A stretch of 64,000 nucleotides of DNA, taken from the human T2T-CHM13v2.0 reference genome, Homo sapiens. The notes under the pieces were generated by a model. It had not been told where the DNA came from, made no database searches, and saw only the letters and a program-made list of their open reading frames with translations. The stretch is taken from assembly GCF_009914755.1 (NCBI RefSeq), contig NC_060937.1; one strand, 5' to 3'. Shown here piece by piece: positions 29,277 to 42,293 of this stretch (position 1 is its first letter; every line of letters begins with the position of its first letter). Made by a program: the position numbers and the translations under genes.

Positions 29277-31142
29277 TGTGTCCGGAATTGGTGGGTTCTT
29301 GGTCTCACTGACTTCAAGAATGAAGCCGCGGACCCTGGCAGTGAGTGTTACAACTCTTAAGGTGGCACATCTGGAGTTTGTTCCTTCTGATGTTCGGATG
29401 TGTTCGGAGTTTCTTCCTTCTCGTGGGTTCGCGGTCTCACTGGCTCAGGAGTGAAGCTGCAGACCTTCGCGGTGTTTGTTACAGCTCTTAAGGCAGTGCG
29501 TCTGGAGTTGTTCGTTCCTCCCGGTGGGCTCGTGGTCTGGCTGACTTGAGGAGTGAAGCTGCAGACCTTCGCGGTGATTGTTACAGCTCATAAAAGCAGC
29601 GTGGACCCAAACAGTGAGCAGTAGCAAGATTTATTGCAAAGAGCAAAAGAACAAAGCTTCCACAGTGTGGAAGGGGACCTGAGCGGGCTGCCACTGCTGG
29701 CTCCCGCAGCCTGCTTTTATGCTCTTATCTGGCCCCACCCACATCCTGCTGATTGGTAGAGCGGAGTGGTCTGTTTTGACAGGGCGCTGATTGGTGCATT
29801 TACAATCCCTGAGCTAGACATAAAGGTTCTCCATGTCCCCACCAGATTAGTTAGATACAGAGTATCCACACAAAGGTTGTCCAAGGCCCCACCAGAGTAG
29901 CTAGATACAGAGTGTGGATTGGTGCATTCACAAACCCTGAGCTAGACACAGGGTGCTGATTGGTGTGTTTACAAACCTTGCGCTAGATACAGAGTGCCAA
30001 TTGGTGTATTTACAATCCCTGAGCTAGACATAAAGGTTCTCCAAGGCCCCACCAGAGTAGCTAGATACAGAGTGTCCATTGGTGTACTCACAAACCCTTT
30101 GAGCTAGACATAAATGTTCTCCAAGGCCCCACCAGAGTAGCTAGATAGTGTCGATTGGTGCACTCACAAACCCTGAGCTAGACACAGGGTGCTGATTGGT
30201 GTGTTTACAAACCTTGAGCTAGAGACAGAGTGCAGATTGGTGTATTTACAATCCCTGAGCTAGACATAAAGGTTCTCCAAGGCCCCACCAGAGTAGCTAG
30301 ATACAGAGTGTCCACTGGTGCATTCACAAACCCTGAGCTAGACACAGGGTGCTGAGTGGTGTGTTTACAAACCTTGAGCTAGAGACAGGGTGCTGAGTGG
30401 TGTTTTTACAAACCTTGAGCTAGAGACAGAGTGCTCATTGGTGTATTTACAATCCCTGAGCTAGACATAAAGGTTCTCCAAGGCCCCACCAGACTCAGGA
30501 GCCCAGCTGGCTTCACCCAGTGGATCCCGCACCCGGGCTGCAGGTGGAGCTGCCTGCCAGTCCCACGCCCTGCGCCTGCACTCCTCGGCCCTTGAGTGGT
30601 CGATGGGACTGGGCGCCCTGGAGCAGGGGGTGGAGCTGTCGAGGAGGCTTGGGCCGCACAGGAGCCCATGGAGGGGGTGGGAGGCTCAGGCATGGCGGGC
30701 TGCAGGTCCCGAGCCCTGTCCCGCAGGAAGGCAGCCAAGGCCTGGTGAGAAATCGAGCGCAGCGTCGGTGGGTTGGCACTGCTGGGGGACCCAGTACACC
30801 CTCCGCAGCCTCTGGCCCAGGTGCTAAGCCCCTTATTGCCCGGAGCCGGCAGGGCCGGCCGGCTGCTCCGAGTGCAGGGCCCGCCAAGCCCACGCCCACC
30901 CGGAACTCCAGCTGGCCCGCAAGCGGCGCACGCAGCCCCGGTTCCCGCTTGCGCCTCTCCCTCCACACCTCCCTGCAATCTGAGGGAGCCGGCTCCGGCC
31001 TTGGCCAGACCAGAAAGGGGCTCCCACAGTGCAGCGGTGGGCTGAAGGGCTCCTCAAGTGCCGCCAAAGTGGGAGCCCGGGCAGAGGAGGCGCCCAGAGC
31101 GAGCGAGGGCTGTGAGGACTGCCAGCACGCTGTCACCTCTCA
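29277..31142 (-). mobile_element. LTR12C (ERV9) solo LTR, full length 1866 bp, apparently inserted in a MIR
   Basis: The - strand starts TGAGAGGTGACAGCGTGCTGGC and ends CCAATTCCGGACACA. 4-bp TSD GTAT at 29273-29276 and 31143-31146. Contains U3 tandem CCAAT-box repeats. Confidence 0.96.
29680..30490 (-). promoter_or_regulatory. LTR12C U3 enhancer repeats and core promoter
   Basis: About ten ATTGG (CCAAT on -) boxes in ~41-bp-based tandem units. GATAAG and ATAAAA (TATA-like) lie on - at ~29715-29729. AATAAA on - at ~29630 is just downstream. Confidence 0.75.
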
Positions 31143-32336
31143 GTATGATTATTTCCAAACGAAGGAAAAGAAACTCAAGGAGGTTGATGTTTTGATCAAC
31201 TAACAAATCTGGAGCCTGCCTTCAGCTTGGGTATGTTTGGCTTTAAAACCTGCAGTTTTTCCATGTCACCTGCCTGTCTCCCCAAGAGAAAAGTAATATA
31301 TGGAAAAGAATAGAGAGGTGAGGAATAAGCCTTGGAGAAATCACTCTTTAGCAGGTAGACTCAAAAATCAAGAGCCAGGAAAGAAAACCCAAGATGGAGG
31401 CAAAAAGATGGCAAGAAAATGATAGTCATTATCTAAAAAGCCATGGGGTGTGGGATTTCTAAGAGAAAGGAATTATTATGGTTGAATTGGTTGAAGTGAG
31501 GCTGGTGGAAGGTCCTAGTTGCTGGCCTAACAGGCATGTTTCATTGTGTCTCTTTTCTCCATTCATCCTGTTAGTCTGCAAGTATTCTCCCTCGAGACCC
31601 CTAGTACTCTGTGCAGGGGACTAAAGACACAACCCTCTCAAATATCAAGCATCTACCGCTTTTCTAAGTTCTGCGTCATGAACTGCTGTTCATGGAGTGT
31701 TTCATTTCAGAAAGAAAGAGTCTTGTAAAATAAAGTTCTCTTTATTTACTAGGCCAACTAACTAAAAGTAGAATACTTATTTTTTTAGACGGCATTTCTT
31801 TGAAGTTGATGTGTTTAGGTGCTATCTCAGGGAGCCAGCTTTGTAGCTGTTTACCACATTTCCTGAGGCAACCTTGTGCGAGGGCTGGAGAATTGTAACA
31901 AGTGTCTTGACTTTCTCTGCACCTGGAGATTAATGTGCTGGTAAAAACTTTATGAACCCTTAATCATTCATTGCAAACATATTGGATCCTCTAAAGCTTA
32001 AAAGCTTCAGCATTCATAATTAAGAGACAACAGAACAGGATCATGTAAATATGAAAATGGCCTCCGAGAAAGTTGAATGAACTTTCTCGTTTTCTTTATT
32101 TAAGTTGTGGACACTTTAATTTTGAACAGAAGCATATTTTCTTAGTTATAGAAATCAGGTATAAAATTATCCCTATTGTTAAAATGATAATGAAAGAAAT
32201 TTTAAATGACAAGTAGGTAATTTCAGGAAAACAGATTGTATCTCCTTGTTACTTACTGTAACTATTAGTTGTTCCCTCCTCTCCCCTAACATACATTATC
32301 TTCTGCTTGAAACAATAGATAGTTGTATTAGAATAG

Positions 32337-33222
32337 TGTATTCATTTGCTGGGGCTGTAGTTACAAAGAACCGCAAACTGGGTGACTTAGCAGAAATTAT
32401 AGTCTCACAGTTCTGGAGGCTGAAAGTCTCAGATTTGTATGTCACCTGCCTGTCTCCCCAGGAGAAAGATAATATATGGAAAAGAATAGAGACGTAAGGA
32501 ATAAGGAATAAGGGTGTCAGCAGGGTTCCCTTTTAGGGCTGTGATCTGTTTTAGCATCTTGTAGCTTCTGGTGGTTTGTGGGCAATTTCTGGTGTTCACT
32601 GGCTTCTGCTCCATCATCCTACTCTCTGCCTTTATCTTCATGATATGGTTTGGCTGTGTCCCCACCCGAATCTCACCTTGAATTGTAATAATCCCCACAT
32701 GTCAAGGGTGGGATCAGGTGGAAATAATTGAATCATGGCAGTGGTTTCCCCCATCCTGTTCTCATGATAGTAAGTGGGTTCTCACCAGATCCGATGATTT
32801 TACAAGGGGTTTCCTCCTTCACTCCGCTCTCATTCTCTCTCCTGCCACCCTGTGAAGAGGCACCTTCTGCCATGATTCTAAGTTTCCTGAGGCCTCCCCA
32901 GTCATGTAGAACTGTGAGTCAATTAAACTTCTTTTCTTTCTAAATTACCAGTCTCAGGTATGTCTTCATTAGTAGCATGAGAATGGACTAATACACTTCA
33001 TATGGCCTTCTCCCTCTATGTGTGTCTGTGTCCAACTTTCCCCTTTTTATAAAGACACTAGTTCTTATTGGATTAAGGGACCACCCTACTCCACTATGAC
33101 CTTATCTTTACCCAACTAATTACATTTGGAGTGACATATTTCCAAATAAGGTCACATTCTGAGCTACTGTGGGGTAGGATGTCAACATATGAATTTTGGA
33201 GAGACAAAATTCAACCCTCAAC
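32337..33222 (-). mobile_element. MLT1B/C-like solo LTR, interrupted by THE1 and a 67-bp templated insert
   Basis: TGTATTCATTTGCTGGGGCTG...TCTCACAGTTCTGGAGGCT...CCAAATAAGGTCACATTCTGAG...AATTCAACCCTCAACA. Confidence 0.85.
32641..32995 (+). mobile_element. THE1 solo LTR (THE1C/D-like)
   Basis: TGATATGGTTTGGCTGTGTCCCCACCC...GGACTAATACA. Perfect 5-bp TSD CTTCA at 32636-32640 and 32996-33000. Confidence 0.95.
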
Positions 33223-33600
33223 AGATAATGTAGGTTATTCTGTGATAACAGATGACTCCAAAATTCCAGTGTCTTAGAACCACAAAGGTATGTTTCTTTC
33301 TTAAATTTCAGTGGGGTTCTTGGTACTTCTTCTATCATCCTGCAAGCTGTGGCTCAGTGTTGAGCCTTCATGTAGCATCTGCTTCCATGATCTCCCAAGT
33401 AAGGGAAGAAAGCTCCGAAAGGTTTAGGACCAGCAAAAAAAAATTTGTACTGGAAAGTGATGCATGTCTTGTACTAAAATTTTATTGACTGAAATGTATC
33501 ACATTCGTCACTTAAATTCAAAGAAGTAGAGAAACGCAGTTCATCCTATGTGACAAGAAAGAGGAGAACCAGAGATACTAATGAGAAGGAGTATACCTTC
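33223..33600 (-). mobile_element. Older MLT1 (J/K/L-like) LTR, likely host of the MLT1B/C insertion
   Basis: TAGGTTATTCTGTGATAACAGATGACTCCAAAATTCCAGTGTCTTAGAACCACAAAGGT resembles old MLT1 ends. Its terminal TGTATTAG appears at 32324. Confidence 0.55.
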
Positions 33601-34846
33601 ATCCATGTATCTGTCGATCAATATTAAAAAAAAAAGAAAACTAGACATCTATTTCGAAGTCTTGACAAGATTTGTAGCTGTCTAGCTAAATAAGGTTGTT
33701 TTCCTAGGACTTGAAATGTTGAGCCATTAATTAGTTTTCCTTTCTGCCTCTCCCTCACTCAGGGAGGATTCATTCCTGAAATGAAAATGGAAGGTGCATC
33801 TTTATGAGTAAAAGCTACTCTAGTTTATATTGTGGGGAGTATTTGTTGGATATACTATGGCAATTCCCATGCACAGATAACCATGGTACAAGGCTGAAAG
33901 AACATGTGTATGGGTCTTTCTCAGATCTAATTTATTTGTTTTGTAGAAAGGAGAATCTTAAAGGTAACACAATAGGACTGTGATCACACATACTGCTCAG
34001 GAGAGACATAGTTACACAGTAACTTTCTATATGGTCTTTAGCTTGAAGGAATTCCAGAGGAAATATCTTATTTAACCCTCCTCCTTGTGAAAATGTCCTC
34101 CCCTAGTACTCTTCATTGTATCATCCTGTCTTATGTCCTTAGTAGCATTTATCACACAGCCATTTTTGTATTTATTTGCTTGCTTGTTTCTTACCTTCCC
34201 TGCACTTTATGAAACATCCTCCTCCCTACCCCCCCATATAAGTTCCCTTTCACGCCCAATATATTGCCTATCTCTGTTTCTCACGGATACTCCAGCATTG
34301 AGAAAAATATCTGCCTGATACTGAAGCAAATAATGGATAGATTGAATAGCTGTAATAAGTATTACATTAAAAATAATGTCTTAATGATGGAACGTAGAAA
34401 ATTGGGGAAAATATTTGGTCGCTGTTAAAGTCTAGGTAATGGGAACTAGAAGCTTACAAGGTAAATATTTCTAATGTTTCCAAAACAATTATTTTTCTTT
34501 CCTAGACTCCATGGTATGTATATTTCTCCTGAGGTCTCTTTGGACAACATACTATTTATTATCAAATTATATTCATTTATCTTATTTTCTGAAAACAATA
34601 TATTTTATGTTCAAAAATATATACCATCCACTCACAGCGGAGTTGTTGCACAGGGCGCATGATTTGAAACTTGTCCTTACTGTATTTGTAGGGTAATTTG
34701 AGGTAAATGAATTTGGACAGAAGCCATTAAGTAAAATGATTCTTTCCTAAATTACCTTAAGTGGTTAATTTTATTACTGATAATACCGTAATGGAGACGT
34801 TCTTCATATAATTTTAAGGGAACACGCTTTGATTAAAATCATATTT

Positions 34847-35157
34847 GTATTTTATTATTATTATTTTTGAGACAGGGCCTTGCTCTGTTGCTCAGGCTGG
34901 AGTGCAGTGGTGCCATCATAGCTCACCGCAGTCTTAACCTCCTGGATTCAAGCAATCCTCCCGCTTCTACCTTCTCAGTAGCTGGGACTACAGGCATGGG
35001 CCACCACACCCAGCCAATTTTATATTTTCCAATTTTTTGTAGAGCCAGGGTCTCACTGTGTTGGCCAGGTTGATCTCAAACTCCTGGCTTCAAACAGTCC
35101 TCCCACCTTGACTTCCCAAAGTTCTGGGATTATAGGCGTGAGCCAACATGTCTGGCC
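34847..35157 (-). mobile_element. Alu, full length, AluJ-like
   Basis: GAGACAGGGCCTTGCTCTG, CATAGCTCACCGCAG, CAAGCAATCCTCC. Degenerate TSD TAAAATCAT / TAAAATAAT. Confidence 0.9.
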
Positions 35158-38100
35158 TAAAATAATCCTTTTTAAGGAAAGATCTGAGTTTTATTTGCTG
35201 TTTAACCATAAAAGACAAAAGCACTTTTTCTGCTTATATTTTTTTAAAATCATCAGTTGTCATTGAAATAATTATAAAAGGATTCATCGGTGGTCTAAAT
35301 GAAAACAACGGACTTTAACAGTAGACCTGTATTTGCAGTACAACCCAAGGATCTCCATGCACTAGTGGTTTTCTTACATAGACGAGTTCAGAGAAAGTAT
35401 GGGTCCCCGGGTATTCTAATCTGTAAGTATCAGTGTGTCTTCACTTTTAATGTAAAATTATGCCACAGTGTCATTTTTTGGAGATTTTGTGTGCTCTCGA
35501 TCCTCCCCTAATTTTTCATTTAGAACCTGTTTCTTGGCTATTGTCTTAAAATTTCCCGACACAGTTAAGGTTCAAGCTTTAGCTTTATAATTTTAGAATT
35601 AGTGCTACTGGATTTTAATAAGATATCAACACACTGCATTCTAGGTAAATGGCATCCCCTGAATTTGTGGCATGTGGTATCTAAAATTAGGTTTAGGTGG
35701 CCAAGAGTGTGAGAGGCAAGCCACATTGAGTTTTCTAAATCAATGACACCTGTTCACATGTTAAGCTGCCCTTCTCAAGGCTAACTTTTCTTTTGGCTTC
35801 TAGGGTGTGTGTTCACCATTATCTACCTTATGGTTGTCTTTCTCCATTGTGAGGCTGAAATAACTTCTGGTGGCACCTTTCTGACAGTAATATCTAGCTG
35901 GCTTCCATACAAAATTCTGTCTTTGCTTCTACTCATTTAAAGTCATTCTGCCCAGTTTCTGGTTATGAACTGTTGTCACTGTGATGGATTTCCTGCCCTT
36001 GAGGCTGTGGCAGCCAAGCTGATATCATACTGTATTTTGTGTCTCTGTTTTTTGACTGGATAAATGGTCTTTAATTACTGCTGGTTCTTCAACCTTGGGG
36101 AAAACTCTGGCAGTATTATCAGTTTTTGTAGCTGACAGTTTGGAAATAGGGAATCTTTTGCCATAATATTTTCAATTAAAGGCCTAAATTCACATGCTTT
36201 TCTACTGAATTTTATACAATAAAGTTAGGTTAAGAATTCCACAAACATTTAAATCTACACAACACATTTACTGCATTTAATACTGTATTTAATGATGATG
36301 ACGATTATTTAAAAATCATTTTCTACTTGATGAAATACCATAACATAGCACTAATATAAATTAATATTAGCAGAATTAACATGTAAGTTTTTCAGTGAAA
36401 AGAACTCTTGATGTATTGGAAAACGTAATGAAAATATTAATAATTATCTAGACATGAAAGTGACGAGTCAATATTTCTCTGGAAGTTTATGGCCAAAACC
36501 ATACTTTGAGGCAAATATTGCATTAGTGGTTTTCTATATTGATCAGACAAACCAAATAACTAATATTACCCCCCCATTGTGATATGTTGCACCTTTCTGC
36601 AATTGATTATTAGTGTTATATTCCTTACATAGGCAGTTTTGAGTAACAAGGTTTTAAAAATAAATTATATGTATCTTGCACACCAATGTAATTATTACTG
36701 GTTTTAATATAATAATGTGTATATAAACTTATGATTGAAATTAGTTGTATAGAAAACTTTATAAAATGAGGGCTCCATCAGCTATTCCATTCTCATCTAG
36801 CATTGGTAAGGAGTAAATACTTAGTAAAACTTGATGAATGAATCTTGCAGTGGTGGATTCAAAGCCATATGTGTGTGTTTTGTTTTTGTTTGATGGGTTT
36901 TTTGTTGTTGTTCTCCAATTTTTTTATTGTAAAATGTATAATACTAGTGCCACAAATTTTATTTTTATTAGAACATATAGTAGTCTACAGCTTAATAACT
37001 AGCAGAAACTAAATACTAGTTTTGGTCCTGCTACTAAAAAATTTCAAGTAAGACCTGAATTTAACCAGTATTGTATTTCTTTAACAAATTATTTAGGAAT
37101 ATGGTTTTCATAAGGGCAATGAGAGTCAGCAATCAAGTTTTTCCTTCTGAAATTTTAGATATGAAAAGCATCTAAAATTTCTCAACTTTCTAAAATTTTA
37201 AACTGCATTTACAAGTAAAGTATTATTCTTTTAAAAGCTTAAATAATTTAGTTAAATAACTTTACAATTCACTGATTTCCAAAAGGGTACCTACATACTG
37301 TTTCACTATATAAGTATAGCACATAGTAGAGTCCATCTACCATTGTCTACCATTGTCTTCTGAAACAATATAGGGAACTTTCTAAACCATAGGAAATCTA
37401 AAAAATCAGCTAGTTCAAGCCATATGTTTCATAGCTGAAGTTACTAGGTCCCGGCGGGGGGGTTGGGGGGGGTGTTGATGATTTGCTCTAAGTCACACTT
37501 GTTAAAATCTAGACATCTTTGTTACCAGCCTATTGTTCCCAAAGTCAACATTCTGTGCTCTGATGCAATGCTGATTTTAAAAAATCATTCGTTCATAACC
37601 TCATATCATGCCTTTTTAAAAATCTCTTCTTTGCATTTCCCTCTTTACGTTATCTCATTCTTACATTCCCAAGGCCTGGGCACACAGTTGGTGCAGCTAT
37701 TTGTAGTTGAACTTAACTGGATTAACATGAAGGAACATAAGAAATTTATATGGTATCACATAATACATCAAGCATTTTATATCTCATCCAACCCACAAGC
37801 CATGCCATCTTATGTAGATACTTTTGATGGAAAGAAAGAAGAAAAATCAGGATAAATGCCTCAACAGCTGTCAATGTTAAATAATCCCTTAAAGCTGTGA
37901 AAGCCTTCATTTGCTTTCAGGAGTTGTGACATATGGTCAAAAATAGCTTGAAGATTTATTATGTCATATCTGTTGGATGAGATTCAAAATATACTTTAAG
38001 AAAGATTCCATCCTTCATCATCCTTGAAAAGATCTTTCAGAACTCATAGAGTATATAGAAAGCAGACGGAGAATGATGATGTTCAGCTGCTTCAAAATGA

Positions 38101-39711
38101 CAGACTCTAATCAGGATTGCCCACCTATCACATCAAATTACCAGTAAAAAATGCAAATTTTCTACCGACATGACACTTTTAAACACAGACATCTCACTGA
38201 CCTCCAGAAGCCCTGGGTATAGATAAGACTTGAATTACTTTCCTCCAATGTTACATTAGGATTGGAAGGCAGATTTTAAAATTATGTTTTTAAAAAGCGG
38301 TCATTCTTCCCCATGTTAAGAATTTAACCTTAAAGATGAAAAAGCTAAGAAACTGAAGTTTGTCAGTGGATTCTAGCTTCTGTAAAGGTTGGAAGAAAAA
38401 AAAATCCACTTAAATTTTGTAAAAATTGAAAAAAAAACAACTAAGGAATAAAAAAGAAATGCCAAGAACATATAAATGAAAGAGCAAAAGAACAACTTGA
38501 GTAAAACATTATAGTAAAGAGGTCACCTAACTTAATAAACTCTCCTGGGTTCAAGCAGAAGTAATCAAGCCTACTGTGTATGTAAGATGAAAAGAATCAA
38601 AGGGGAAGCTCCACAAAGCGACTTCTTTGGTCCTGGCAGTGTCTCTGCATCACCTGTGTCCTTCCTTTTCCCGTGCCCTGCCCTCTGCCCCGCTTCTGCT
38701 CTACTTTCTTGCTATTTGCCTCCTAAGGCTTCAAAATACTGCTAAACACATTTCTAAAGCCTTCTAGACGTAGGACAGTTTGTGTATGAATCATTTTATT
38801 TAAGAATTAGGGCAATCTTTTTTGTTGGAAGTAGAATAAATTGTGCTCCAATTTCAGGTGCTTATGAAAAATACATTGTACCACAACCTGAATATTATGT
38901 TGTGTAAATCCCTCCAGCCATCTCATTTGGGGCAACTTTTAGATAAGGAATGAAATTACTTGTGGTATAATCTATAATTATTTTTGGCAAATGCATGAGT
39001 TTCTCCTGCTTGAAATATAAATGTTTTATTAGGTAGCCACAGTATTTGGCCCCTGCATGGGTGCTTAATTGAAGAAAAGAAAGAAATAACATCTAAAGAT
39101 CTGTGTTTCATGGACGTTTGCGAAAATGGTCGTCACAACTCATCTGGTAGACCAGAAGACCAGGTGGACGTGACTTATATTAAATCTTGCCAGAGCTGGA
39201 CATCTGGCTCTTCAGTTGTTCTGGTTTCAATTTGGATGTGAAGCACCGTTCTTAGTGTGATTCAAGTATTAGATCCACTTAAAGAGTTCTTGTGTAGCCC
39301 AGGTCTCTGCCATGTTTGAGAGCTGTGGTTTGTTTTTTGACAGGAATCCTCCATCAGAGTTTATTGTAGGCATCTCATTAGTAATTTTTAGCATGCCACT
39401 GTGTACCAATGTTGAACTTTATCAGTTGAATTAGAGACCATGTTAGGACCTGAATGACAACTTCCCTAATTAACCTGAACCACATTCTGGAACGCCTTTT
39501 GACATATTGTTGCCTTGTAAGTAAATGGCTCCACTTTTTTTTTTTCTTTTTTCATACAAAGACAGTTTTCTATCTATCCTCAAGCACACCAACCATGTTG
39601 TTGTTGTTCTGACTTACGGCATTTGCTTGATTTATTTTCCACCCTGCTCTTCTTTGCTTACGTAAGTCCTCAAATTTCTGCTTAATTGTAATGATCCCTG
39701 ACTACCTTATA

Positions 39712-42059
39712 AAGGCATATCTCTGAGGTATGGTGGATTCAGTACCAGACCACAGCAATAAAGCAATTATCAAAATAATTAAGTCACACAAATTTTTTAG
39801 TTTCCCAGTGCATAAAACTTAAGTTTACACTATACTGTACACTGAGTATTCAATAGTGTTGTGTCTACAACCGGTACATATCTTAATTTAGAAATACTTT
39901 ATTGCTAAAAAAATGATAATGATCGTCTGATCCTTCAGTAAATCCTAATCTTTTTGTTAGTGCCACAACTTGACTCCATGTTATTGGCTGCTGATTGATC
40001 AGGAGGGTAGTTGCTGAAAGTTGGGGTGAATGTGGCAATTGCCTTAAATAAGACAACAGTGAAGTTTGTTGCATTGATTGGCTCTTTCTTTGGTGAAGTA
40101 TTTCCCTGTAGCATGTGATCCTATGTGATAACATTGTAGCCATGGTAGAACTTCTCTCACAAGTGAAGTCAATTCTTTCAGACCCTGCTGCAGCTTTATC
40201 AACTCAGTTATGTAATGTTCTAAATATTTTGTTGTCATCTCAAAGATGGTCACAGCATCTTCAGCAGGAGTGCGTTCCATCTCAAGAAACTGACATTTTT
40301 GCTCACCCATAAGAAGCAACTCCTCATTTGTTTGTTTGATCATGAGATTGCAGCAATTCAGTCACATCTTCAGTCTCCACTTCTATTTCTAGTTTTCTTG
40401 CTCTTTATACCATGTCTCTGGTGATTTTCTCCATTGAATTCTTGGACCCCTCCAAGTCATCTATGAGGGTTGGAATCAAATTCTTCCAAACAACTGTTAA
40501 TGTTGGTATTTTGATTTCCTCTCATGGATCACAAATGTTCTTTATGGCATCTGGAATGGTGAATCATTTCCAGGAGGTTTTCAATTGACTTTGGCCAGAT
40601 CCATCAGAGGAATCACTATCTATGGAAGTTATAGCCTTATGAAATGTATTTCTTAAATAATAAGACTTGAAAGTTGAAATGACTCATTGATCTATGGGCT
40701 GCAGAATGGATATTGTGTTAGCAGGAATCAAAACAACATGTACCTCTCTGTCCACCTCCATCAAAACTCTTGGGAGACCAGGTGAATTGTCAATGAGAAG
40801 TAATATTTTGAAAAGAATCTGTTGTTTTTCTGAACAGTACATCTCAAGGGTGAGTTTAAAATATTCAGTAAACTGTGCTGTAAAACAGATATGCTGTCAT
40901 CCAGGCTCGATTGTTCTGTTTATAGAGCACCATCAGAGTACATTTAGTATAATTCCTAAGGTACCTATGATTTTTGAAATGGCGAATGAGCATTGGCTTC
41001 AACTTGAAGTCACCAGCTGCATTAGCCTCTAAAAAGAGAGTCAACTTGTCCTCTGAGGCTTTAAATTCAGTTACTTATTTTCTCCTTTTTAGCTATAAAA
41101 GTCCTACATGGCATCTTATTCCACTGGAAGGGTGTTTTATCTACATGGTAAATGTGTTTAGTGTAGTCACCATCATCAATTCTTTTTTAAGCTAGATCAT
41201 CCAGATAAACTTCTCGCAGTGTTCCATTAGCACTTGCTGCTTCACCTTGCACTTTTATTTTATGGAGAAAGCATCTTTGCTTCAACCATATGAATCAACC
41301 TTTGCTAGATTCAAACTTTTTTTCTGCAGCTTCCTCACCTCTCTCAACTTTCATAGAGATGAAGGGAGTTAGGGCCTAATCTAGGCTTTGGCTTATGAGA
41401 ATGTTGTGGCTGGTTTGATCTTCTATGTAGAGCACTAATAGTTCCTCCATATCAGCATGAAGGCTGTTTCAGTTTGTTATTATTCGTGTGTGCATTGGAG
41501 TAACACTTTTAATTTTCTTCAAGAACTCTCCCTTTGCATTCACAGCTTGGCTAACTGGCACAAGAGGCCTAGCCTTTTGGCCTTTCTCAGCTTTCAATGT
41601 GCCTTAATCGCTAAGCTTAATAACTTTTAGCTTTTTCTTTAAAATGAAAGAGGTACTACTCTTTTTTGTGCTTGAATACTTAGAGGCCGTTGCCAGATTA
41701 TCAATTTGCCTAATAATATCACTATGTTTCAGGAAACAGGAAGGTCTAAGGAGACAGACAGAGATGGGGGGAACGGCTGGTTGATAGACCAGTCAGAACA
41801 CAGAAATTATTAAAATAATTACAATAATAACATCAAAGATTACTAATCACAGATCACCATAACAAATACAGTAATAAGGAAAAGTTTGAAATATTGGGAG
41901 AATTAACCAGAATGCGACACATAGGCATGCCATGAGCACATACTGTGTGCTGATATACTTTCTTGATGCAGGGTTGCCACAAACTTTCAAATTGTAAAAA
42001 AAAAAAACAGTATCTGTGAAGAACAATAAAGTGAAGTACAATAAAATGAAGCATGCCTG
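39712..42059 (-). mobile_element. Tigger1 DNA transposon, near full length (~2.35 kb)
   Basis: TA|AAGGCATATCTCTGAGG...CCAGACCACAGCAATAAAGC at the left and AATAAAATGAAGCATGCCTG|TA at the right. Antiparallel to the copy at 12620-15030; degenerate transposase at ~40330-41690. Confidence 0.93.
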
Positions 42060-42109
42060 TATAAAGTGATTCATCTAGATATTCTTTGATTCACTCATTT
42101 GTTTTTGTC

Positions 42110-42293
42110 ACGTATATCACGTGATGTATAATTATTTTCTGAATATTTACTCATTTTTTAACAGTCTTCTCAGCTGTTATGTAAGCTCTCTGAAACATAG
42201 AAAATTTTGCTAACCTGTTAAAGAGTTACATTTCTAGCACTTAACACTATCCTTGATATGTGGTAATGGTCAGTAAATATTTATTGAATGAGT
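42110..42293 (+). mobile_element. LINE-2 3' end (probable host of the Tigger1)
   Basis: ATGTAAGCTCTCTGA...CTAGCACTTAACAC...CAGTAAATATTTATTGAATGAGT. Confidence 0.65.

Noticed and set aside
29750-30490. Regularly spaced repeats that look like a CRISPR array
   Set aside because: The intervening sequences are themselves repeated. These are the known U3 enhancer repeats of LTR12C in primate DNA, and there are no cas genes.
30406-31203. Overlapping 190-227 aa ORFs on both strands
   Set aside because: Chance ORFs in the GC-rich, stop-poor part of LTR12C; low-complexity translations.
37451-37474. Two long G runs as a G-quadruplex element
   Set aside because: Short homopolymer expansion inside a MIR-like relic; no supporting context.
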